Shown: in pieces, positions 23,403-36,199 of the stretch | How positions within the stretch are numbered: position 1 is the first letter of the stretch | How the letters are laid out: each line of letters opens with the position of its first letter | Assembly (NCBI GenBank): GCA_043228905.1 | Contig: JBHGNT010000275.1 | Coordinates: forward strand, 1-41,130 | Source of the DNA: Azolla caroliniana | Lineage: Eukaryota; Plantae; Polypodiophyta | Direction of reading: 5' to 3' | Length of the DNA: 41,130 nucleotides | Program-made: the position numbers and the translations under genes | The notes under the pieces: model-generated | Told to the model about the DNA's origin: nothing | Databases searched by the model: none | Seen by the model: the letters and a program-made list of their open reading frames with translations, nothing else

Positions 23403-23943
23403 TGTTGGGAAATCGGTCTCTCCGGATGGGATCCGGTGATGAATATAGAGGACCCGGTGAGAACCGAAAGAGATTCGGAAACCGGATAAGACTTGGTGAG
23501 AATCGAAAGAGAAGACATATTTGTAAATGTGTTTTGAGTAAGTCCATTGAGGCTATATTCGTAAATAGCCCTAAGTTCACATAAGTATAAATATGACTTA
23601 GGGCAATCACTTTGTATTATGATCATTGTTGTGGTAACTGTTGTACAGAGAGCGAGAGAGAGAGAGAGAGTGTGAGATACAGAGAGATACTCTGCTATAA
23701 CCGCCGGTTGGCGAAGATACAGAGCTCGAGGTCATTGCCTCCGAGACTCTGATTGCACATTTCTCCCATAGTGATAGTTGGCGTCTGTGGGCTCCCGTGG
23801 TTTTTCCATATTTGAGTTTTCCACGTAAACATCATGTGTATTTTCTTTGTGTACTCTCCATTTCCCATTACTGTGTTTCATTGTCATAGAAGTGATTCAT
23901 TACTCGGTTGTGGCCGAGCAATATTTCGCGCTATTTCTCAACA
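23403..23943 (+). repeat. Copia D 3' LTR (541 bp)
   Basis: TGTTGGG...CTCAACA; direct repeat of 18740-19299. Confidence 0.95.
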
Positions 23944-24832
23944 GATATCTGGTTGTAGTACACCATATATTGCCATGCTAAGTTGGATTGCATATATCAA
24001 ATCACTCAACCTGGAGATCCGTCATGTAGTTGGGAAACGTAATGTCGTTGTAGACATGCTATCACGAGCAAGATACGACGGAGAAGAAGATCGACATTCT
24101 GATGAAGAGGATGTTAGCTTGGATTTCTTTACAAGTTCCTACGCTCGAGTGCTGACTACTTTCATAGAAGAGGACTACGAAGGTGAATTCGTGGAGATCG
24201 GGAAATACTTGAGTTCTCTCCAAAAAGATGAATCATGGTCAACAAAAGAATTCCACTGAATTCAGAAGAAGGTGTACAAGTATTTCCTTAAGGATGGAGC
24301 TCTTTGGAGGCATGCAAAAAAGAAGAATGGGACCCCGATGAGAGTTGTCTGCAAGCTAGAAGACCAGCAAAAACTAATGTCTGAATTTCATGATAGTGTT
24401 TTTGTAGGCTATCGAGGAATATGGGTTACGTTCGTGAAACTTAAAGAGAAATATTAGTGGCTGGGCATCTAGAAAGATGTAGCAGCTTATGTGGAAACAT
24501 GTAAGGAATGTCAAATGTTTTTGAATCTTCGCCATCGAGATGAACTTCATCCGACTTACCCGTTGGCTATGCATTACAATGGATGGTGGACATCATAATG
24601 ATGCCAATGGGGCGATGGTAGATGAAGTATCTTGTGCTCGCGAGAGAGGATCTTACCAATCAAGTTGAAGGGCGAGCATTGAGAACTAAGGAGACATCAT
24701 CAGTATGCAGATTCCTTCTTGAAGATGTTATTTGCAAATATGGATGTGTCGGCAAGATAGTGGCTGATAGAGGCGAGCTGGACGCCAATGAAGCTAGAGA
24801 ATTCTTCTCTAGGATGGGAATCAAATAATCTC
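23944..24832 (+). pseudogene. pol: G2 pol continued (RNase H end, integrase N-terminal half)
   Basis: WIAYIKSLNLEIRH, DMLSRAR, YLVLAREDLTNQVEG, IVADRGE. Confidence 0.88.
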
Positions 24833-26979
24833 AAAAAGTATGGACCGGTAAAATTGTATCTTATCGGCATCTGAAGGTGTTCGGGTGTGTCGCATACTTG
24901 CATGTGGCGAAGGACAAGAGAGCAAAGTTGGATCCAAAGTCCTGACCATGCATATTCCTTGGATACGACGATGATGAGTTCGGTTACCTGGTGTTGGATT
25001 TGGTCAACAAGAAGGTGTTCCGGAGTCGGGAGATAGTCTTCATGGAAGACATGACTATTGTTGTCGGACTGGACTTCGATGAGATCTTTGCCCCGGTAGT
25101 AAAGATGACATCCATCTAGATGGTATTGAGCATAGAGGCAAGCATGGACCTCGAGGTAGAGCAAGTGGACATCAAGATGACATTCCTACATGACGACCTC
25201 AAAGAAGAGATCTACATGTAGCAGCCGGAAGGATTTGAGAAGAAAGGGAAGGAGGACCTGGTGTGCCGGCTGAAGAAGAGCTTGTACGGACTGAAGCAAG
25301 CTCCTCGACAATGGTACCGAAAGTTTGACTCCTTCATGATCGACCAAGGGTACCACAAGACACATCCTGATCACTGTGTGTTTGTGAAGAAATTTGACGG
25401 AGGAGATTTCCTGATACTTCTCCTATATGTGGATGATATGCTGATCGTTGGACGAGACCAAGGCAAGATTCGGATGCCGAAAAAGGCTATGAACCGGACA
25501 TTCTCAATGAAAGAATTGGGTTCGGCAAGAAAAATATTGGGAATGCACATCATTTGGGACTGGTCAAAGAAGCTGTTGTGGTTGTCACAAGAGAAGTACG
25601 TAACAAAAGTGCTTCAACGGTTCAACATGTCAAAGGCGAAGCCGATCGGATCGATACTTCTGGAAAACTGCAAACTATCCGGAAAACAAAGTCCAAGGAC
25701 AAAGGTGGAGAAGATGGATATGATGAAGATTCCATATGCCTTTGCCGTTGGAAGCTTGATGTACGCGATGCTATGTACCTGGCCGGATATCGGATATGCA
25801 GTCCGAGTGGTGAGCCGGTTCATGAACAATCCCGGAAGAGAGCATTGGAACGCAATCAAGTGGATACTTCAGTATCTGAAAGGGACTTGGAGTATGTGCC
25901 TCCGGTTCGGCTCCGATAATCCCCAACTTGACGGATTGACAGATTCGGATATGTCGGCTGATGTGGATACCAGCCGGTCCACTTCCACATATGTCAAGAT
26001 TTATGCAGGGGGAGCTGTTTCGTGGCAGTCGACGCTATAGAAGACGGTTGCGTTGTCAACCATGAGGCAGAGTACATGGCAGTTGTGGAAGCCGGCAAGG
26101 AGATAATATGGATGAAGGGCTTCATTGGAGAGTTAGGGATGCAACAAGAGGAATACCGGCTCTACTGCGACAGTCAAAGTGCCATCCACCTTGCAAAGAA
26201 CGCGGCCTACCATTCCCGGATGAAACATATCCAGTGAAGGTAGCATTGGATCTGGGAGAGACTAGAAGATCAAGAGTTCGTGTTGACGAAGATCCACACG
26301 GAGGAGAACGGGTTGGACATGCTGACCAAGGTGCTAACAATCGACAAGCTGGACGCGTGCCAAAAGCGGATCGGGTTGACGAGACATCCCAATCCGGAGT
26401 GAAGGGGGAGATTGTTGGGAAACGGTCTCTCCGGATGGGATCTAGTGATGAATGAAGAGGACCCCGTGAGAACCGGAAGAGAGATGGTGAGAACCGAAAG
26501 AGATCCGGAAACCGGAGGAGACCCGGTGCGAACCGGAAGAGAAGACATCTTTGTAAATATGTTTTGAGTAAGCCTATTGAGGCTATATTTGTAAATAGCC
26601 CTATGTTTATACAAGTATAAATATGACTTAGGGCAATCACTTTATGGTGTTGTATGTTGTTGTCATATTGTTGTAACTGTTGTATAGAGAGTGACAGAGA
26701 GAGAGAGTGTGTGAGATACAGAGTGGTGCTCTGTTGTAACCGCTGGTTGGCAAAGATACAGAGCTCGGGGTCATTGCCTCTAAGACTTTGATTGTACCTT
26801 TCTCTTATAGTGATTTTGGAGTTCGTGGGCTCCCGTGGTTTTTCCCACTTAGGGTTTTCCACGTAAACATCCCATGTATTTCCTTGTGTACTCCCCATTT
26901 CCCATTTCTGTGTTTCATTCTCATCGAAGTGATTCAAGACTCGATTGTGGCCGAGCAATATTCCGCGCTTTTCTCTTCA
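24833..26979 (+). mobile_element. Copia E (same family as D), 5'-deleted, with 3' LTR 26413-26979
   Basis: Starts mid-integrase (matches D near 21258), has an internal IN-to-RT deletion near 25065, RT ORF 25261..26040, PPT 26401-26410, LTR TGTTGGG...CTCTTCA. Confidence 0.9.
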
Positions 26980-28028
26980 CTTACCACGATGTATAATCCG
27001 AAAGCGAATGGGAAAGTGGAACATGGACATGGACCGATTGTGAAGGCTCTAGTGAAAGCTTGCAATGGGAAAATAGGAGAATGGCCACGTTGATTGCCAT
27101 TTGCACTATGGGCTGACAGGACTACTCATAGCACAGTGACGGGATACATGCCGGTAGAGCTCATATTCGGACATAAGCCGATAATGCCAGTGGAACAAAG
27201 TATTTTTTCATGGTTTGCATTGCCATGGCAGATGAAGTATCTTGTGCTTGCGAGAGAGGATCTTACCAATCAAGTGGAAGGGTGAGCATTGAGAACTAAG
27301 GAGACATCATCAGTATGCAGATTCCTTCTTGAAGATGTTATTTGCAGATATGGATGTGTCGGCAAGATAGTGGCTGATAGAGGCGAGTTGGACGCCAATG
27401 AAGCTAGAGAATTCTTCTCTAGGATGGGAATCAAATTATCTCTTACCACAACGTATAATCCGGAAGCGAATGGGAAAGTGGAACGTGGACATGGACTGAT
27501 TGTGAAGGCTCTAGTGAAATCGTGCCATGGGAAAATAGGAGAATGGCCACGTCGATTGCCATTTACACTATGGGCTGACAAGACTACTCATAGCACGGTG
27601 ACGGGATACATGCCGGCAAAGCTCATATTCGGACATAAGCCGATAATGCCAGTGGAACAAAGTATTGTTTCATGGTTTGCATTGCCATGGCAAGATGAGA
27701 TACGTAGAGAAGATCTTCTAACATTGAGGATTCAACAGTTGGAGCGGAAGTTGGAAGATATAGAAGTGGCTAAAGTGCGGCTAAAGAATGCAAGGTTGAA
27801 GAACAAGAAAGACTTCGATAAACGACATCGACTTCATCCAAGGAAAATCGTTGAAGGAGATTGGGTGTTGGTCTACGACAATAGCCTAGACAACCAACAT
27901 AGTACGACTCGAAAATTTTCACAACGATGGCTTGGACCATATGTGGTGAAGAAAGTGGAAGATAACACAACATATCGTTTAGCAAAACGGGATGGAACTC
28001 GACTTGCTTTGCCAATTTCAGGAAAGAA
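26980..28028 (+). pseudogene. pol: G2 integrase remainder including a duplicated segment
   Basis: NPEANGKVERGH appears twice; WVLVYDN, WLGPY; truncated after LPISGK. Confidence 0.88.
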
Positions 28029-28029
28029 T

Positions 28030-28506
28030 GTGGTCCTCGATCAGAAGTGATATTGTTCGAGAGTCCATGTAGTCGAACCACATTTTTGAAAAACAAATTG
28101 GTTGTCTCCTCTCCGGTAATGGTTTTGGCACATGGAGCAAAATGATTCATCTTGGTGAAGCCATCGACCATGATGAATACCAAGTCATAACCACCAACAA
28201 AGGGAAGGCCAGTGATGAAATCCATGGAAAGAGCGGCCCAAGGTTGTTTGGGGATTGGGAGAGGGCGAAGGAGACCATATGGTCGATGATGAGATACTTT
28301 AGAGCGAGCACAAACGTCGCATGACTTAACAATCTCTTTGACCATTCATGGTTGTGGCCACCAGTATCCCCGAGATATCAACTCCAAGGTTTTTGCAACG
28401 CCAAAATGACCAACAAGTGGATCATCGTGACACTCGTGAAGCACCCTTGTCCGATAAGGACCTTCTCAGACATACAAAAGATTATCTCGAAACAAAAGAT
28501 TATCCT
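28030..28506 (-). pseudogene. Chromovirus-type (Tf2/Tcn1-like) gypsy integrase fragment
   Basis: HECHDDPLVGHFGVAKT..CDVCARSK..GLLRPLPIP..SMDFITGLP..ITSDRGP; unlike the G1/G2 integrase. Confidence 0.85.
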
Positions 28507-28557
28507 TGTAAAAATGAAGATGCGGAAGCATCACACAAACTGGCTCCTCCAGATAGC

Positions 28558-28597
<40 letters not shown>

Positions 28598-28925
28598 AAC
28601 ATAGAGTGTACACAGGAGAGACAGAGAATAAGCAGAACGTTAAAAATCTATTACAAAACAATAATAGATCTCTCTCACTGTACAACATGCTTCAACAACA
28701 CTATTTATACAAGTCCTAAGAGGACTGACAGAAGTATGGTGTACTTCAATGCTCACACGAGCGTCTGACACTAACTAAGAGTCATTAACTACCTAGTAGT
28801 CTAGGCTGCTACTAGGCTTCCGGTTATTGCTGGATCCAGCTAATTGGCTCCCCAGCTCACCGACTCACCGATCCGGCTCAGGCTTATTCAGCCGATCCAG
28901 ATCCGGTTGAGCTTGCCGCCCAACA
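28507..28925 (-). repeat. Copia C 3' LTR (419 bp), containing a (GA)n microsatellite at about 28561-28592
   Basis: Minus strand TGTTGGGCGG...TTTTTACA; homologous to the A and B LTRs. Confidence 0.88.
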
Positions 28926-31900
28926 CTCCTCGTCAAGCTCAACTTGAGGTCAGATCGTAGTGTCAGTCTCCATGGCAGCTGGTCCTTCCACTTGACTCGC
29001 GCTCCTCGTCCGGTCCGGTCCCGTTTGCCGCGACCCTTCTAATTCTGCACACCACGACCTCCTCGGTCGGCTTGTCTGCTCAACAAGCCCAATTCAGCTC
29101 CCTCGCTGTTGTGACTTCGGCGCTTTCCGATTCGCCGATTCCTTCGTGTTGGCATCAACTTTCGCCGCCTTCTCGTCCTCTTGGACTTGAATTGATCCGG
29201 TACTTCCGAATCCGCCTGTTCAATCGAATCGGCTGTCTCCGATTCGTTCCAGCTCTTGTCCGAATCGGTCACTCCCGATTCGTCTTCCAGTTCCATGCCC
29301 TTCACCACAATAGACCATGTCCGAGTCTTGGCCTTCTTCTTCTTGTCTCTCCCTTTGTCGGTTCTTCCCTCACCGACGCAATCGGTAGTTTCTTTGTCTT
29401 TGCTGGCGTCTTTGCCCGTTCTCCCCCTCAAGTGTGGCATGTCGAGATGTTGAACACCAAGCATTTTGGTGAAGTGCTGCAACTTGTCCAATCCAAGCGG
29501 TTTGGTGAAGATTTCGGCAACTTGTCGATCCGTATGAACATACCGCTCAAGACACGCTCACGCACAAAGTGGTAATACACTTCAATGTGCTTCGTGCAAG
29601 CATGGAATACGCGCTTCTTGGCGAGCTGCATGCTGCTTATGTTGTCGTAGTAGATCAGGATCAGGGTCGGCACCTCGATCCGTAGGTCTTGCGGTTGTCG
29701 TCGAAGCCAAGTGGCTTCACAGGTGGCAACGATAGTGTCCCGATATTCAGCCTCAGTGCTCGAAAGGGCCACTGTTGGCTGCTTTTTGCTGCTCCACACA
29801 ACAGCCGCGCTACCAAAGGAAAACATATAGCCGGAGGTGGATCGGCGATCCGATGCATCGCCGGCCCAGTCAGCATCGGTGTAGCCGACTAGCTCTTCAG
29901 TTATACCATGCTGGTATAACAGTCCTCAATCCTTCGTGCCACTCACATATCGCAAAATTTGATGCATGCAGAGAAGGTGCTCCACGGTCAGCTTCTGCAT
30001 ATATTGGCTGATCACGCCTACCGGATAACTGATATCGGGTCGGGTGATTGTCAAATATATAAGGCTTCCGACGATTTGTCGGAACCGCTTCTCTTCGCAG
30101 GCCGGTCCTGAGTCGGGACGGAGCTTCTAGTTCCGGTCTAGGGGTGTGGAGATTGGTCGGCATTCCGTCTTGCCGAACTTGTACAACATATTCAACACAT
30201 AGTATCTTTGTGAGAGCAATATGCCGTCAGGGGTTCGGATCACCTCGATCCCAAGGAAATAGTGAAGGTCCCCCAGGTCCTTCATATCAAATGCTTCCGA
30301 CAGCTACGACTTGACTCCGTTGATTTCATTGAGTCTGGGTCCGATGATTACTAGATCATCAACATACAGCAAGTTGCAAACCGGACCATCCGAACCTTGC
30401 CGGATGAACAACGAAGAGTCGGACTTGGAGGCCGCAAACCCCATCTTACGCAACCGGAGCGTGACGTTCGCATTCCAAGCTCGGGGGGCTTGCTTCAGGC
30501 CATAAAGTGACTTCTTTAGCCGGCATACCGCCGACTTGTTCATCTCCGACTGGAAACTGGGGGGTTGGGTCATAAATACCTCTTCTTCAAGATCGCCTTG
30601 AAGAAATGCATTCTTCACGTCCATATGGTGAAGATTGGCACCCCCTTGCCGCATCAACTGGCATCACCACACGAACCGTCGCCATCTTCGCTACTAGAGC
30701 GAAGGTCTCGTCGTAGTCGATTCTGTGGGTCTACGCGTATCCCTTCGCCACTAACCGGGCCTTGTACCAGTTAACCGAACCATCGGCATTGTACTTTACC
30801 TTGTACACCCACTTACATCCGATCGGTTTACAGTGTCGGGGAGGGTCAACTAGGTCCCATGTGTCGTTGGCATCAAGTGCCCACATTTCTTCCTCCATAG
30901 TAGCCCGCCAATTTGCGTCCTTGCCGCTTCTGCGTAGCTCTCCGGCTCACAGACTTCCGCCACCTTAGTCATGTACGGATAATGATGCGCCATGTACTCA
31001 TTGTACACGTACTGCTTCAGGGGGTTCTTCTAGCGGAAAGACCGACGTATCTTATGTTTACCCGGTTTGAGGCCCTTCTTGGCTGGTTCAGGCTTTGTTC
31101 CTGAAGATCTGCCTTCATCCTTTCCGGAGTCGGATTTGCTCTGATCCGACTCAACGTTGCTGGTTTCGTATTCCAGCATTTCCTCTTCCCCTTTTCCTTG
31201 CGTGTGAACTGTCTCCTCAGTTCCTTGCGCGGGGAGAGCACGACAGAGTCTCCACTACTCGCCGGTTCCTCATCCGATTGGTCATCCCGACTCAGCCGGT
31301 CATTCGGTCAACTCAACCGAAACGATTCCGGACTCACATCTAGAGTTTCGAACCCTTCTTCTTTTGACTGGACCATATCTGGCTCACTAGCCTCATCCTC
31401 TAGTATCAGGTCGGGGTCGGAAGTTGGAGCCGGTAAGGCATACCATGATGCCGTCTCATCAAACTCAACATCCCGGCTAACTCGGACCTGCTTCGTCCGG
31501 GGGTTATAACACTTATACCCCTTTTGCTCATGCGAGTAACCGACCAAGATGCATTTCTCCGACTTTGCATCCAACTTCTCATCCGGCACATGCACATATG
31601 CAATGCTACCGAATATCCGAAGGTGTCTTAGATTCGGCTTGCGCCCGAAATACAGTTCATGCGCGGACACCTTGTCACCGATCCGGTTTTGGATGTAGAC
31701 GGCCGTCCAGACTGTCTCAGCCCAGTAGAAATGGGGCATGCTCTTCTCCTCCAGCATTGCCCTTGCCATGTCGACAACTTACCGGTTCTTCCTTTCGGCC
31801 ACACCGTTTTGCTCCGGTGTGTACCTGCAGCTGAATTCTCTCCGAATTCCATTCTGCTGTAGATAGTTGTTGAATTGGCCAGAAAAGTATTCTTTCCCGC

Positions 31901-32924
31901 CATCTGACCGCAAACACTTGATCTTCCTCTCCGTTTTCCGTTTAACCAGGCTTTGCAGGTTCCCGAAACACCCGAGGACTTCACTCTTCCGCTCAATGAG
32001 GTAGATCCACGTGTGCCGGCTATAGTCATCAATGAAGGAGACGAAATATCGACTCCCACCAAGACTAACGTTTTGTGTCGGTCCCCATACATCTGAATGA
32101 ATAAGGTCGAGCTTGTTACGGCTACGATTTTGTTTGGTGGGGAATGGAAGCCGGTGTTGCTTCCCGAGCTGGTAGGCTTCACAAATTGCAGCCTTCCGGC
32201 AAACCGAAAACGACTTGTTTCGATTGCAGGTCTTGAAGACTCCGATAAATGACATGGCCGATCCACTTGTGCCAAAGATCGATATCCGATTCAATCTTCT
32301 GTCCTTTGGCGAACAAAGTGGTGCCGACGTCATTGGTGTCGAGGATAAACATCCTCCCGTCTCTGCGCAATGATATGGCCCTCCTCCTCGATGAAGCACC
32401 CAAGGTGCATAAACCACACCTGCATCCCCTAGTCGACAATTTGTCCAACCGACACCAGGTTCTTCGTGATGGTCAGAACGTGTAATACATTCATCAGCTT
32501 CCCCCTCTGTCCGATGTGGCTCAAAGGGACTTCTCCGACATGCACGATTGGGTGAGGAGTGTCGTCTTTGGTTTCGACAACTCCCGGTTGTTCCGGTTTC
32601 TCCAGGAAAGAGAACCACTCTTTGTGGCTCGTCATGTGATTCGACACACCGGAGTCAACGTACCACACTTCCTCCGATTTGGAAGTGGTCTTCTTCATTG
32701 AGTTAGCCTCGTATTTCATCACCAAAGCAGCTTTTCCGGTTTTGGATCCTCCCGATCCTTCTGCATAGTGTGAGTATTACCGGTTCTCTCTGCCGGCCTT
32801 GCCGGATCCGGATTTGTCCGAATCGGCGCACTTCTTCTAGCACTCGCTTTCTCTGTGGCCCTTTTTACCACAATACCAGCATTCCGTGTCGGTCTTTGCT
32901 TGCCGACCTCCTACGCCGCCTTGA
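28507..32924 (-). mobile_element. Ty1/copia element C (close relative of A), 5' end missing
   Basis: Gag knuckle ECWYCGKKGHRESEC near 32850, PR WYVDSGVSNHM, IN IHSDVWGP, RT LLYVDDL, RH, 3' extension, LTR 28507-28925. Confidence 0.92.
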
Positions 32925-32936
32925 CTCTCATTCATC

Positions 32937-33019
32937 TTGCTCTGTAGGGGTTGAACCCATGACCACCTGGTTTCCATTCGGCAACCTTACCAACTGAGCT
33001 ACATCCACCTGGTGTCTGT
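32937..33019 (-). other. tRNA-like / SINE-head insert between 12-bp direct repeats
   Basis: A box TAGCTCAGTTGG (33001-32990) and B box GGTTCAACCC (32957-32948) at tRNA spacing; CTCTCATTCATC at 32925-32936 and 33020-33031. Confidence 0.65.
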
Positions 33020-33379
33020 CTCTCATTCATCCTGCTTGTGTGTATGTACTACTTTGTTGCACACCTGCATAGATTGTCCGTGTGTTGTTGTTTTCTGTGT
33101 GTACTTAAATTCTTTCTCTGCTCTTCAAGGGAAGTTGTGGTATTTTAACACGTTTGTAGCAATATACAATATCAACTAATTCTTGCTCTTTTGTGGGATC
33201 TCTATGCTGAGTATGGTTGGAAAAGAAGAAGCCACACTAAGCACTCTTCTTAATCCATAAAAGGGTGAGATAGGAAAACTAAAGGCTGCATGGAAGTGGG
33301 AGCTAGATACACAGGTTGGTGCATTCTGCTCTTTTCACAAATTTAATGTTTGGAAAATTTTATATACAGAAAGAAGAGA

Positions 33380-33846
33380 TTATTTGCAAAGCACAATGTG
33401 ATGTGTCATTCTTGTCTTTGTCCTTGTGCTCTTTGCCTTTTGCTTTGTCCTTATCTTTGTCAAGACTTCTAATGTAAGATAAAGATTCACTAGATAACCA
33501 CTTAATTTCTCAGATGGCGGGTATCTTGAAGTTGGATAGGTTACACTAGTCAGAGGTGGATAGGCAAGTAGATAGGCATCATCTAAGTTAGGGGGATATG
33601 GGTGTGGGTAATTTACATCACCTTTGGTGGTCAGATGATATGAAGGTGGATAGGTAGATGATAGACCTTGAGATTGGGGAGGATACAATTGGCTATTGGG
33701 TTGGGTATAGGCCGGTGGAGGATAAGAACCACTTGTTTCATAACCATAAGGCGGATAAGGCTCTTCACTCGGGGGATATGTAGGTAATGTGGTTGAAAAA
33801 TAGTAGGTGGATAGGTAAAACTTTCTCTTCTCCCAATCTCGCTCAA
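33380..33846 (-). pseudogene. Possible decayed Tyr-Pro-Pro-rich coding fragment
   Basis: Repeated YPP motifs over two frames, then a DKDKDKAKGKEHKDKDK stretch in another frame. No family recognised. Confidence 0.3.
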
Positions 33847-36199
33847 TTCTTTCTACATCTCATTTTCCATTGTTTCTCAAATGTTGTTTGATTATTTGCT
33901 CTCTTTCTCGCAGGCCAATCACCTCCTCATATGTAATAGGGTATTGCAAAACTTGATATTTGTGTTTTGTTTTTTCCTTTATTGGGAGCAGGATAAGATT
34001 TTGCAGTCCACTGGAAGAGGCCACACGGGTAATGTTATGAAGAATGGAGTTATTATCTGAAAATCTCTCCACATCGACAATCTAGCTGCAAAAGTGTGTG
34101 TTGGTTGGTTGTTCCTTAACATACTTATCTTTGCATATTGTTCTTGGCAACATTGGTTGGGAGATATTGCATGAGTTCTCATTTCATGCATGAAATATAA
34201 TAGGAAACCATGGGCAACGTTCATCGTTTCAATAGTGGTATTTTCATTTTAAAGTTTACATGCTAAATGGGTTATGGTTTTAGAGCCATTGACTTGGAAT
34301 TGAAGTTATGCGAATGTTGAATGTTTTGGAATTGGGAGCTTGACAAAACTAATTCTACAATAGCACAAAGACTTGGTGATGATTTTGATGTGAGTAAAAT
34401 CACCACATATAATGGTAATTGCTTTTGCTCCAAACTGTAGTTTGTTAATTGGTATCAAGTGATTTATTGTGTCACATTGACCTTGGCATGTAGTATGAAG
34501 ATGTTGAAGGTGACCATGTAATCCTAGCTATTGATGATGATCTTATGAATGTTATAACCTATGCAAGATTGTCAGGTGCCAAGGTATTATGCTCATTGCT
34601 AGTTCAGTTATTTATCAGGCCATTTTGGCTAGCACAATTGACAGTCTCTTTCCTAAATTATCTTAAAATAAGAGAGGTGGATTAGTTTAATGGTTTGAGG
34701 TTTTAATCATGTTAAGTTAGTCTTGAGCAAAATATATAGTTGTTTGTCAATCAAGATAACTCCATGTTCAAATATATTTCTTGGTGTAGCTCAAGTTTTG
34801 GCAATATTCAAAGTTTATTTTATTTAGAAACTCATTCAATAGTGTCTTAGAATACAATTCTATTCAGGGTCTAAAGCTTCATTTAAACTGTTAGAAATAT
34901 TGAGAATCTATTAGATAGGTATATAGAGTTACAACCACAGAGATGGATATATGAAAACAAAACTTCTATTACATATGAGAGTAGCTCACAATGGTAGTTC
35001 ACCCATGCGCTTACACCTTAGAGCTTAGATGGGATCTAGACTAGCTCACTACAAAATTAGTGGGAACTGATGATCAATACACCACTGTGTAAGAGAGTGG
35101 ATTATATTCTCTATTTGGTCTGAGTGTAACATTAAATGTGCATGTCAGTTGATAGTAGTGGAGATATTCCTTTTCTGTCAACTGACTTGTCATTTAATAT
35201 GACCCAACTCCCTAGATAGTACTTATCTTGAAGTCAATGGCACATACTTCAAGACTAAGTACATTGTAACTTGCCCACAAAATATTCTAGTTGACTTGAT
35301 TAGCCAATCCTATTACCTATTTCGCTCTTTCCTAAATCCATTGTGTTCTACGCATCTACGGTTTCCTAGATAACACCTTATCGACCCATATGGTTGAGTT
35401 GCACACTAACCACTTCTCATTTGCGGTGCTATCACAAAATGTGCACTCTAAGAGCACATATGGGGATAGATTTACAACTTGGGGCTGATCATTGATTATA
35501 TCTAACATAAACTACACTCAAGGAGTGGCAAAGAAAAGTATTCCTTGAGAATCCTAGAGAGATACTGAGTTCCAACATGGAAGAATAGGAGTAAAAGTAC
35601 AAAGGAAACGAAATTGGGGATTGACAACATACGTTTTTGTTGTACCTGGAGTTGAAGTCGTGGTTGGGATAAGTAAGCTTGCTCTCTTAAATTGATCAAA
35701 TACGTTAGTGTACCAGCCATAGATTTATGCATCTTAAAGTGCAGTTGTCAGGAAAAAATTTGAAAATTCATGTTAGGATTGTCAAAAAAAGCCTTGATAA
35801 CCCTTGGATTATGTAATTGACAATTATGTCATTACCCTAGTTGAGAATTTTATATAATAGTTGAAATGGCATTCAAATCACAAATGATGAGTTTTAAATG
35901 CAATCTAAGAGTATGTATTATATTTACAATTGTTATAAATGATGTTTTGTGTATACAAAGATAATATTGTTGTTATCTTGGATAAGATCCATCCTACATT
36001 ATATGTATACAATTTTTGACAACGTTGTAACTGGAAAATGAGACAAGAGTAATGGCTTTTCTGTTGTGTCGTCTTCTTCCTTCTTGTGTCACCCCCTTCC
36101 CCAAAAGTAACCTCTTTATGTTTTTGGTGCTATGTTGTTGGCCTTCTATCAACTCGGGGGATTGAGAGCTCAGATCAATACCCCTAAATAGGTTGTAAA

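Larger units (their letters stand above)
18740..23943 (+). mobile_element. Full-length Tnt1/Tork-like Ty1/copia element D
   Basis: LTRs 18740-19299 and 23403-23943, 5-bp TSD GATAT (18735-18739 and 23944-23948), iMet PBS, PPT GAAGGGGGAG at 23391-23400. Confidence 0.96.
14352..28028 (+). mobile_element. Degenerate Ty3/gypsy element G2 (G1 relative), carrying copia D and E; 3' end deleted
   Basis: LTR remnant 14352-14629 ending CACAACA, Trp PBS, gag-pro and pol homologous to G1. The reading continues across the D insertion (CLPIFGMI|SGC). Confidence 0.9.

Noticed and set aside
26122-26958. 278-aa antisense ORF (also 18698..19180 and 23173..23610)
   Set aside because: Antisense to the Tork LTR/RNase H; the frame is not preserved among the three LTR copies.
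27770-28345. 191-aa ORF as a single gene
   Set aside because: Chimeric: chromovirus integrase up to SDRGP, then antisense of the G2 integrase.
32937-33019. Functional tRNA gene
   Set aside because: The cloverleaf stems do not pair and no anticodon loop can be assigned; kept only as tRNA-like.
33900-35900. Possible transposase or gene remnants in the AT-rich stretch
   Set aside because: Only short ORFs and isolated motif-like words; nothing supportable by eye.
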